The notes under the pieces are model-generated. The model did not search any database and was not told where the DNA came from. It worked only from the letters and a program-made list of their open reading frames with translations. From Bdellovibrionales bacterium (GTDB lineage Bacteria; Bdellovibrionota; Bdellovibrionia; Bdellovibrionales; UBA1609), in contig CBDCMT010000001.1 in the NCBI GenBank assembly GCA_965219095.1, positions 2,132,892 through 2,196,891 of the forward strand: a stretch of 64,000 nt of DNA, in the 5' to 3' direction. Both the position numbers and the translations under genes were made by a program. Below are positions 50,986 to 60,379 of this stretch, in pieces; position 1 is the stretch's first letter, and each line of letters starts with the position of its first letter.

Positions 50986-51869
50986 AATAACTGATCTTTA
51001 AGCTGTGGGCTAGAGTAATGAGAGTTGGTAGTTACGCCTTTTTGAATATCTGATGTAGTCTCATGCTTTTTTTTTAGAAATTGATTTAAGTCTTTTTGTG
51101 TTTTTATGACAGCATTTTCAGGTATCTTTGTATGATCTGGTATGTTTAACTCATTTCCGATAAAACAAAATTTTCCTATTTTTACGTTTTCTCCCACTTT
51201 AGTATTTTTTCCAATTATAGCTTGATAACCAATGAGGGAGTTTTTTTTAACATGAACTCCTGCATAGATTTGGGCTCTTTGTTGTATGAAGCAGTGATTT
51301 TCAATATGAACCCCAGGCCCTAAGCCAGCAAAACCTCCTATGAGAACATAATCCCCAATGGTTATAGGATAAGTCATAAGAGTTTTTGTTTTAGGAAATA
51401 GGGTTGTGGCAAGAATAGCATCTTCTCCAATAAGGCTTTCTTTTCCAATAGAGACAAAATAAGGCTCAAAAATTTTTACACTGGATGTAATCCATGAACT
51501 AGGGTGGATTTTAGCTTGAAAGGTGCGTAAAATAAGAAAACGGATAGGATCTGAAATAAAAAAAAGTTTTTGGAAGAATAAAGCATAAACTCCGTAAAGA
51601 TTTCTTTTCAAACCCCATTGAAGCATAAGAAGAGAATTGAAATTATCATATTCTCCTGGAGAAGGTTTTTTAATAAGATAATTTAAAACCCCATAAAAGG
51701 CCAGTAAGAAAAAAGGAGACATAACAAAAGCTAAAGGCACAGCCCACAGGAGGTTTTCGGAAAAGAGCATAAGAGATAAATAGAAAGGTAGCCAGAGTAC
51801 CAGGAAGGTAAGAAATAAAAGAACTAGGAATAGGCTTACACATAAAAATGACACACAAAGATCATACAC
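50961..51869 (-). CDS. Membrane-anchored left-handed beta-helix acyltransferase-like protein, copy 1 (C-terminus supplied by the IS1634 IR)
   Basis: Two N-terminal TMs; PGEY..W..LRTFQAKI..VSIGKESLIGEDAIL..ITIGDYVLIG hexapeptide repeats; last codons LSLPFQI* come from the IR. Confidence 0.75.
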   Translation of the reverse strand: MYDLCVSFLCVSLFLVLLFLTFLVLWLPFYLSLMLFSENLLWAVPLAFVMSPFFLLAFYGVLNYLIKKPSPGEYDNFNSLLMLQWGLKRNLYGVYALFFQKLFFISDPIRFLILRTFQAKIHPSSWITSSVKIFEPYFVSIGKESLIGEDAILATTLFPKTKTLMTYPITIGDYVLIGGFAGLGPGVHIENHCFIQQRAQIYAGVHVKKNSLIGYQAIIGKNTKVGENVKIGKFCFIGNELNIPDHTKIPENAVIKTQKDLNQFLKKKHETTSDIQKGVTTNSHYSSPQLKDQLFLSLPFQI

Positions 51870-51945
51870 AAGGATTTTTTATATTGTATAGATTTTTTTT
51901 TATTGACTTATAGGCAGTCCTTTTTTAGACTTACGCACAATACCT

Positions 51946-54045
51946 ATGTCTAGTTTAGAAGAAAATCCCTTACTCATACCCTCAAACCTGAAAAAAGGTG
52001 CTGTGCGTTTTGATAAGATTAAAGCAGAACACTTTATGCCTGCCCTTGAGCAGTTGTGCAAGGAGGCTCAAGTAAAATTTTTAAAAATTATGGAACATAA
52101 AAAAAAGCCCAGCTATGAAAACACCATTAAACCTTACGACCAAATTATTCACTCTTTTGATATAATTTCTGGAGTTTTCTATCAACTGTACGCAGCTGCT
52201 AATTCTTCTGAACTTTCTGAAATCATGCTTTCTTTCACTTCAGGTCTACAAAAAATGTTCCTTACAATAAAGAATCCTCAGTTTTTTAAAAGGGTAGAGG
52301 CTATTTATAAAGATGAAATGGAAAGAAACTCCTTAAACCATGAAGAACTTCGCTATTTAGATTTACTCTATGAGAGATTAGCTTTCGAAGGAGCTCTGCT
52401 TTCAGAAGAAAGCTGTAAAAAACTTATGGATACAAACGATGAAATAGAACTTTTAGGCAAGAAGTTTTTTCAAAACATAATTGAGTTTCGAGAAAGGTTT
52501 CGGTTTCAGGTAACTGATAAAGAAGCTCTAGAAGGCATTCCTGAAGGCTATGTTTTAGAAGCTAAAAGATTAGCAGAAAAGGAAAAAGAAGAAGGCTGGA
52601 TTTTTACTTCTTTAGAGACAAGCTATTTACCTTTTCTAGCTTATTGCAAAAGAAGAGAGCTAAGAGAAAAGTTTTTTAAAATTATGTCCTTCCGAAACTA
52701 TAATGGTGAACTTGACAATTCTGAAATTGTACTCAAAATCATTGATTTGAGATTAAAAAAAGCTAAGCTTTTAGGTTTTTCAAATTACTCTGAATATAAG
52801 CTCAGAGAAAGTATGGCAAAATCCCCTCATAACGTGACTTCATTTTTGGAAAATCTATTAAAAGTTTTTCGTCCTAAAGCTTTAAAAGAACTCAAAGAGG
52901 TGAAAGACTTAGCTTTAAAAGAAGATGGCATTGAAGATTTTCAGTATTGGGATTTAGACTATTATTCAGAAAAACTAATGAAAAAGAAATTTGATATGAA
53001 CACTCAAGAACTAGGAAAACTAAGAGAGTACTTCCCTTTAGAGAAGAGCTTAAAGGGGCTTTTTGAACATGCTAAGAGGCTCTATGATTTAGAATTCAAA
53101 AAAACGAAAAACTATCCTGTCTACGAAGAAACTGTGAAAGTTTATGAAGTTTATCGTAAAGGTGATTATAGAGGGCTTCTTTATTTGGATTTATTCTCAA
53201 GAAATAAAAAATCACAAGGAGCTTGGGCGATTCGCTTTAAACCACAAGGAAGTGATTTTTTAGGAACGAGAAGTTTTTGTCATGCTGTGATTTGCTGTAA
53301 TTTTTCCAAACCTAATAAGGATAAACCTAGTCTTCTTACATTAGATGATGTGCGAATTCTTTTTCATGAGTTTGGTCATGCTCTTCATAATATTTTGTCT
53401 GATTGCAAAATGAGTTCTCTTTCAGGCAGTTCTGTTTTTATAGATTTTATAGAACTTCCTTCTCAAATTATGGAAAACTGGATTTATGAAAAAGAAAGCT
53501 TACAGCTTATCTCAGAACATTATGAAACAGCAAAACCCTTGCCTGATGATTTGTTCGAAAAAGTTAAAGGTCAATTACAGTTTCAATCCGGTATATATTG
53601 TTTAAGGGAACTTTCTTTGGGACTTCTAGATATGGCTTGGCATAATCTTTCTGATTTACCCGATATTTCACTTTTAGAATTTGAAGCTAAAGCAACAAAA
53701 AAAGCTCAGTTATTAGCTCCTTTAGAAAAATCTTTTTTTCCCCTCCATTCCCCCCATTTCTTTTATATATTTTCTGGAGGCCATGATTCAGCATACTACG
53801 GCTATAAATGGGCTGAAGTTTTAGGTGCAGATGCTTATAAAATGTTTCAAGAAGAGGGGATTTTCAACAAGGAAGTGGCTGAAAGGTTTAGAGATTCTAT
53901 TTTAAGTCGAGGCAATACAGAAGATCCTTTAACTCTTTATAAAAGATTTAGAAAAAGAGAGCCTGATATAAGTGCTTTTTTAGAAAGAAAAAGTTTAGTT
54001 TTAGAAAAAAAGCCTCTTAAAAAAGTTTCTGAAAAGACAAATTAG
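51946..54045 (+). CDS. M3-family metallopeptidase (oligopeptidase A / Dcp-like), copy 1
   Basis: LFHEFGHALH (HExxH), DFIELPSQIMENW, KQGAW-like SQGAW, YYGYKWAEVL, FRKREPD. Confidence 0.92.
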   Translation: MSSLEENPLLIPSNLKKGAVRFDKIKAEHFMPALEQLCKEAQVKFLKIMEHKKKPSYENTIKPYDQIIHSFDIISGVFYQLYAAANSSELSEIMLSFTSGLQKMFLTIKNPQFFKRVEAIYKDEMERNSLNHEELRYLDLLYERLAFEGALLSEESCKKLMDTNDEIELLGKKFFQNIIEFRERFRFQVTDKEALEGIPEGYVLEAKRLAEKEKEEGWIFTSLETSYLPFLAYCKRRELREKFFKIMSFRNYNGELDNSEIVLKIIDLRLKKAKLLGFSNYSEYKLRESMAKSPHNVTSFLENLLKVFRPKALKELKEVKDLALKEDGIEDFQYWDLDYYSEKLMKKKFDMNTQELGKLREYFPLEKSLKGLFEHAKRLYDLEFKKTKNYPVYEETVKVYEVYRKGDYRGLLYLDLFSRNKKSQGAWAIRFKPQGSDFLGTRSFCHAVICCNFSKPNKDKPSLLTLDDVRILFHEFGHALHNILSDCKMSSLSGSSVFIDFIELPSQIMENWIYEKESLQLISEHYETAKPLPDDLFEKVKGQLQFQSGIYCLRELSLGLLDMAWHNLSDLPDISLLEFEAKATKKAQLLAPLEKSFFPLHSPHFFYIFSGGHDSAYYGYKWAEVLGADAYKMFQEEGIFNKEVAERFRDSILSRGNTEDPLTLYKRFRKREPDISAFLERKSLVLEKKPLKKVSEKTN

Positions 54046-54095
54046 TTGCAACATAACTGACTTTTTCCATATAATAACCCGAGTTTCGACTTTTA
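54046..54095 (-). repeat. Orphan 3' tip of the SH3/beta-barrel gene plus an IS982 terminal repeat
   Basis: 54046-54076 is the reverse complement of 61203-61233; acccgagtttcgactttta at 54077. Confidence 0.8.
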
Positions 54096-55233
54096 TAGTG
54101 CTTCCGCTTAGGTTTTCAGTTTCCTAAGATAGAGAAGTTATCAGTTATCAAAGTTTCTAATTTAGATCTGTGTTTTCGTATTCCTCTAAAAAATTGACTT
54201 AAACTTCCCTTGAAATCGTCATAGTTTTCATAATATCGATTCGCCGTGACCTCTTTTTTCATAAACTTCCAAAGCCTTTCTATAGGATTTAAATTCGGTG
54301 AGTACGGAGGAAGATAAACAAGTTTTATATTCAACTCTTTCGCTAACTTCTTGACAGACTTCGATCTATTGTATCCGGCCCCATCTAAGATAAGATGAAT
54401 CTCTTTTTCATCGGAATACTTCTTAATGAATATGATAGAGCATATCACATATGGAAACATGGTTAACTGTCTTATAACTCCTGACTACCTTCTTCAAACT
54501 ATTGATCTCAATAGCTCCACAAACATTCACTCTTTTTCTCCAGCCTGAATTGGTCTTCACTTCAAACTTCTTACCCTCTCTTATCCAACCATATGAAATC
54601 GTAGGGCCCCACTTAGGATGTGTGGAATCAGCAAAGTAAACAGGACCGTCTTTCTTCTTAATTCTCTTGTATTTACGCACAAACTTTTCCTGCTCTTCTT
54701 TCTTTACCTTACCCGGTATTGCTGTGGCTTTTTTATAAGAAAAACCAAGGCGATGGAGAAGATCAATTACACCACTTGTTGAGTACGTAACACCAAAATT
54801 CTCCTCAATGAACTGAATAACGGTCTGTGATGATGGAAAAATTCTTTTCTCTAATTCCTTTAAAAGCATTTTCTCCTCTTTCGTTAGTTAAAAAGGACCT
54901 TTTAGGGTTGTAATTGTCGTTGATTAAGCACTCTATCCCGCCTTTGTTATAACGATCTCTACAGGCTCTTATCGTGCCCTCATCAAGGAAAAGAAAACGG
55001 GAAATATCTTTACACAACTCACCTTTATCTAAATGGAGAATTGTCATAATCCTTTTTCCGTACCTAAGATTTCTTTCTAAAGATAGTTCATAGAGTAAAT
55101 CTTTTCGCTCTTTTTTTGATAGAAACCCTGACATATGAAACTATTTTTAAAAATAAATGACTTTTTATCAAGGCCTTAGAATAAAAACTAGACCTCAACT
55201 CAAAAAAAACGGAAAACCTAAGCGGAAGCACTA
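54096..55233 (-). mobile_element. IS630-family element type 2, full length but frameshifted
   Basis: IRs tagtgcttccgcttagg / cctaagcggaagcacta; TA flanks; ORF pieces 54805-55134, 54423-54869, 54116-54460. Confidence 0.9.
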
Positions 55234-56322
55234 TATACCTTCTCTGAAGAGTTTCGTACTCTTTTTGAGTCAGAACTCTTGACTCTTTTTTATGAACTAA
55301 CTCCACAGTCTCTTTAAGAAGTTTTTTGAGATTTGTAGCCCATTTGAATCCATTGCTTTCTTCTATAAATTTAAGCTCTCTCAAAAGGTGAGCCACACAC
55401 AAAGCATGAGTTATCTTATCATAACAAAAGTAAGGACTCCAACAATCATGCACAAGCACTCCTCCATATCTATCCAAGAGACCAATATCTTTTATGGCTT
55501 CCCTTCCACCTGAAAGGTGGAGAAACTGCAAGACTAATTCTCCTGAACTATAAGTATGAATCCAGTAGTTTTTACCCTTAACCCTCATAGAGGTCTCATC
55601 AACATGAATGACCTCTGATTCAAGTATCTTTTCTTTCATCTGCTCTTCCCAACTTTTAAGAAACTCTCCTAATTCAGCAATGTATCTCAACATAACTGCA
55701 GGAGAAATCATTCGACCTATAAGCCCCATGTAATGTTCCCCAACACGTTGAAAAGACAGCATCTGAACTATAATGAAATTGATGATGGAAGCTCTAATGC
55801 CTATACCATACTGAAGAGGACCACTCATACCTTTAGGGAATTGACCTTTATTTCTAGCTCCACATGAGGGACAATCCTTAACCTCAGAAGTTACAGTATG
55901 GGTCTGAATTTCATAAAAAATATGGCTCCTCCCGGGAACCCACAGATTCTTTTGAGGAGGCAAAAATATCAATCTTTTTACGCTTCTCAAGGCTTTTTAC
56001 CTCTGCTGTCTTTAAAAACATCCCACACTGAGAACACTCTGAGGGAGAGACAGTCTCCTCACTGTTTGTATCTTTACTGTTATCAAGTCTAGAGCCCTTT
56101 TTTTGACTCCCACTAGCTTTCTTATTACGATTTCCTTGACGACTAAAATCTTGCGAAGGAGGAAGACCGCTGTTGCTGGAATTTTTTCGAACCTGTTTTT
56201 CTAAAAACACAACAATCAGAATGTTCACAACCTTAAAGAGAGATTCAACAATCACAGAAATCTCAGTAGGCACAGAACCTTTCTTTGCAAACTTATCAAA
56301 GTCACTTCTTATATTTTCAATT
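55234..56322 (-). pseudogene. ISBst12-like IS66 copy 3; both ends lost, interrupted by the 38-bp element
   Basis: Reverse complement of ~40243-41283 with an insertion at 55924-55961. Confidence 0.9.
55924..55961. mobile_element. 38-bp hairpin mini-MITE with 8-bp target-site duplication
   Basis: ggctcctcccgggaacccacagattcttttgaggaggc flanked by aaaaatat at 55916-55923 and 55962-55969; the empty site is present in IS66 copies 1 and 2. Confidence 0.9.
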
Positions 56323-56430
56323 CTTTTGCCTCTAGTTTTTAGTTGAAGGAGTTATACACAGGTTTTAGGTTGTTTCTGTGGCCCCGGCCCATTTTACAAG
56401 TTTGCAAAAGTTGTTTAGCCTTTTTAAAGA

Positions 56431-58203
56431 ATGTTTGTAAAAGTAACATCAAAGTCTAAGGGTAAAAAAAGTGTACGGATTGTAGAGTCTGTTTGGCTTA
56501 AGGGGAAGTGTGTACAAAAGACCATTCGTTCTATGGGTATTTTTGCAAACGATAAGGAAGTTAAAAAAGCTAAGAAGTTAGCAGAAGAGTTGATCATAGA
56601 CATTAAGAATCAAAGAAATCCTGTGCTTCCAGGTTGTGAGAAGCTAGTTTATGGTAGAAGGCCTAAGGAGAAGAAGAAAGAGAAGAAAAAAAAGAGTGAG
56701 AAAGATTTCCAGTTTTCAGGCAGTATTTTAGAGGAGAAAAAGCGTGTTGTTTGTGGTATTGAGAAAGTTTTTAATGAGCTTTATGCTGAGTTAGGTTTTG
56801 TAAATTTGATTGAGGGTACAAAGAAAGATTTAGAGTGGAATGATATTTTAAAGCACTGTGTTTTATCAAGAGTTTTTAATCCAGAATCAAAAAGAGGTAG
56901 TGTAGAAACACTTTTTGAAGATTTTAACCGACAGATTCCTTTAGAGAAAGTTTATAGGGCTATGGATCGTTTTTATCCTTTTATTGAGACCTCGAAGAAA
57001 AAGGTATCTGAGAACACCTTATCTTTGTTTAACAATGAGGTGGATGTTTTGCTTTATGATGTGACGACCTTGTATTTTGAGAGCTTCTCAGAGGATGAGA
57101 TCGCAGGTTTGGTTTTAGTAAAGATTGTAAATTTAAAGAGACACAGGTTGTTTTGGCACTTATGACAAACTCACAAGGGCATCCTATAAGCTATGAACTT
57201 TTTCCGGGCAATACAAGTGAGGGGGCTACACTGGTAGAATCTATAAATAAGCTAAAGACTCGTTTTAATGTAAGAAGAGCTGTTTTAGTAGCTGATAGAG
57301 CTATGTTTGTAAGAAAGAATTTAGAGACTATGGATAAGATGGGGATAGAGTATGTTGTGGCTGCAAAGTTAAAATCCCTTTCTAGCAAGAAAAAAGAAGA
57401 GGTTTTAAGTTATAAAAACTATAAGCCCACCCAAGTGGCTTGTGATACGTCTCATCTTTTTTGGGTGAAAGAGCTAGAGCATGAAGGAAAAAGATTGATA
57501 GTCAGTTATTCAAACAAAAGAGCCAAAAGAGATCAAAATCAAAGAGAGCGTTTGATCAATCGTTTGATGAAGAAAGTAAGAAACAAGGAGATTCCTGTGA
57601 GTCAGTTGATCTCCAATCATGGAACCAAACGTTTTATTAAAGTTGACGATGTGAAAGTGACCATAGATGAGGAGAAAATGGAAAAAGAAGCTTTGTGGGA
57701 CGGTCTTCATGGAATTATAACAAATGTTCAAAACAAGACAGCCAGTGAGCTTTTAAGTCGTTACAGAAGTCTGTGGAGAATAGAAGAGGCTTTTAGAGTG
57801 AATAAGACGACGTTAAAAATGAGGCCTGTTTATCATTGGAAAAAAAGAAGAATAGAAACTCACATTGCCATTTGTTTTTTAGCCTATGCGATCTCTTACA
57901 CAATGGTTTATAAACTCAAACAAGCAGGACTTAATTTAAGCTTTGAAAGAATGAGAAAGATCTTAAAAAGAGATCAGTACAGTATTTTAGAAGAAAAAAA
58001 GACGAAAAAACTTTATCGCCTTCCCTCAGGTTGTACAAAGGAAGTAGAAGAAATTTATAGTGCTTTTTCGCTTAAAAGAAACTCTTCTATGAGCCTCATT
58101 CCCACAACATCTGTCGACCTTTAAAAAACCCTTTCCTGTGGCCCCAAAAATTGTAACTATTTGAAATTATTCACTTGTTGCAGTGTGTTGTGTCGAAGTC
58201 AGG
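56431..58203 (+). mobile_element. IS1634-family element C; transposase split by a frameshift (56431-57165 / 57153-58124)
   Basis: LYDVTTLYFES, VADRAMF, LWRIEEAFRVNK, MRPVYHW; right end gtgtcgaagtcagg. Confidence 0.88.
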
Positions 58204-58610
58204 AGAATATTCGTGACCGTATGCAAAAAAAATTTTTTATATTTTTTGTAAATGGAGAAGTGTTTTTTCTTGACATACTTTTTGATAGACATTTTTATGT
58301 TCAAATTTAAAATTTTAAAATTGACTTAAGGAAAAGCTTCAGTTAGGAGATTTTAAAAAAACTTCTTTTGAGGGGAGGTTTAAGTTTTCATAGACGTTTC
58401 TTGAATCGATTTTCCTTCTTGCATATGATGCAAAGCCAATAGTTTTATCTTGATGTTGGCACTTCTTTCTACTTTGTAAGTAGCCAGAAAATCATACCCT
58501 TGAAGCTTTGTAACTAAATCTTTAAACACTCTAAAAATTTAACAGAGTTTGATTAAAAAGCCAGGGCGCTATGTGTTAAAAGAATGTCGAATTAATTTTT
58601 GGAAATGGTA
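58204..58610 (-). mobile_element. 88-bp repeat plus internally deleted, diverged IS630 type-1 derivative
   Basis: Tail segment and 5' segment of IS630-1 joined near 58393; ends gaaatggta followed by TA. Confidence 0.8.
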
Positions 58611-58612
58611 TA

Positions 58613-59518
58613 AGAAAGATGATCGACTTAAAATTAATAAAATTGCGAACAATTTTAAGCTTAAAATAGAAATAAATAATAAAATAAACAATATTTTTGA
58701 ATCTTTAGCACAAACAATTTTCAAATCTTGGTTTGTTGATTTCGACCCCGTCTATGCCAAAAAGCTGGCATTCGACTCTGGTTTGTCAAAAAAACAAGCT
58801 GAACGTGTAGCTATAGCTATTATCTCTGGGATTTGTAACCCTAAAAAGTTTGTTGAAGATTTCAAGAAAATGGATCATCTTTTATCTCAAAAGCTATCAA
58901 AAATGAACAAGAAAAAACAAAAAGAACTAGCTTATATGGCTTCTTTATTTCCAGGTGAGTTTGAAGATAGTGATTTAGGAGAGATTCCCAAAGGGTTTAA
59001 TGTTTGCAGGATAGATCAAATACTCGAATTAGCCTATGGGAAATCTTTAAAAAAATCAAATCGTGTAGAAGGATCTTATCCTGTTTATAATTCAGAAGGA
59101 CGCAGTGGTGTTCATAATGTTTATTCTGTTAAGGGGCCTGGAATTATTTTGGGAAGAAAAGGAACTACTGATAGCCTGTATTGGGAGGATAATAATTTCT
59201 TTCCTGTAGATACTACTTTTTTTATAAAACTTAGAAAATCATATAAACTTACTTTTATTTTTTATCTTATGCAAACTTTAGGGCTAGAAAAGATGAATAC
59301 AAATGCCTTAACTTTAAATTTTAATAGAAACAATGTCTACAAACTTAAGTTTGTAGAGTTTCCTAGAGAAATAAGAATTGTATTATGAAAACTTAGTTGC
59401 TTCCATAAGAAATTTTATGTTTAATAATTTAAAAGAGGTTGAGGAAATAGAGAAGTTAAGAGACACACTTCTTCCGAGATTACTGGAAGGTAAGATAGGT
59501 TTATCAGACATACAGTGA
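58613..59518 (+). pseudogene. hsdS: Type I restriction-modification specificity subunit, 3' half
   Basis: KIEINNKIN..LAQTIFKSWFVDFDP..LFPGEFEDSDLGEIPKGF, TRD2 (AYGKSL..GRKGT); after a frameshift EIEKLRDTLLPRLLEG; 5' half removed at the IS630 end. Confidence 0.88.
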
Positions 59519-59749
59519 TTAGTGATTGTAAGTTAAAAATTTATACGATTGACCAATAGAGAAAAGGATAAGCTTTAAGAGACAACACTCAATCGTTTTA
59601 ATAAATTGTTATTCTAGAAGGCGTTAGAAAAGGGGGCTTTAGAAATTAACAGAACAGACATAAATGCCTATGATACATAGCAACGAATGAAGCTTCTTTG
59701 CAATTCTATAGTAGACTAAAAGCAGTGTAAGTAAAAAGGAGGACAGATT

Positions 59750-60379
59750 ATGGTAAAGCAACATCTAGAAAAAATAAAACAAATAACTAAACATCAGTTT
59801 TTAGGACAAAGGCATTTAGATAAATTCTTAAAAACAAGACTTCAAAAATTCGATAAGACGCTACATAAAGTAGCTTTGCCCTTTTTAGAAAATCTTGCGG
59901 ATTTTCTTCTATCTCTTAAAGATAGAGAAGACCAACCTATATTTGTTATAGTGAAAAAACTTAAAAACTTTCAAGGGGAACTTCCTAAATACGAAACACA
60001 AGGATCTAGCGGTCTTGATGTAAGAGCACAACTTGTAGAAGACATTTATCTTGAACCCCATGACAGAGTTTTGATTCCCACATGCCTTTGTGTAGAAATC
60101 CCTAAAAATTACGAATTACAAATCCGCCCTCGTAGTGGCTTGTCTTTTAAAGAAGGTTTAGGTGTGATCAACAGTCCTGGCACAATTGATTCTGACTATA
60201 GAGGGGAGATTAAAATCATTCTTATGAACTATTCAAATCATAAGATAACCATCACAAACCAACAAAGAATAGCTCAGTTTGTTTTATGTCCTGTGAAAAA
60301 GTTAGAATGGATTGAAGCTTATCATTTAAAAACCACTCAAAGAGGGGGTGGAGGATTTGGTAGTACAGGGAAGAATTAA
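59750..60379 (+). CDS. dut: dUTP diphosphatase with a ~65-aa N-terminal extension
   Basis: GSSGLDV, IRPRSG, NSPGTIDSDYRGEI, RIAQ, RGGGGFGSTG; strong SD aaggagg before the upstream ATG. Confidence 0.92.
   Translation: MVKQHLEKIKQITKHQFLGQRHLDKFLKTRLQKFDKTLHKVALPFLENLADFLLSLKDREDQPIFVIVKKLKNFQGELPKYETQGSSGLDVRAQLVEDIYLEPHDRVLIPTCLCVEIPKNYELQIRPRSGLSFKEGLGVINSPGTIDSDYRGEIKIILMNYSNHKITITNQQRIAQFVLCPVKKLEWIEAYHLKTTQRGGGGFGSTGKN

Noticed and set aside
2120-55961. Hairpin repeats as a CRISPR array, integron attC sites or REP elements
   Set aside because: Copies are dispersed over 54 kb without spacers or cas genes. They lack the RYYYAAC/GTTRRRY attC cores and the GTAG-type REP tetranucleotide, and one shows a transposition-type TSD.
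55088-56273. Novel-looking N-terminus MRSVKRLIFLPPQKNLWVPGRS and the 55898-56092 ORF
   Set aside because: Both result from reading through the 38-bp insertion in an IS66 transposase pseudogene.
58549-58612. N-terminus MIKKPGRYVLKECRINFWKWY of the 279-aa ORF
   Set aside because: Encoded by the IS630 terminal repeat and not part of HsdS; the ORF is a chance fusion.
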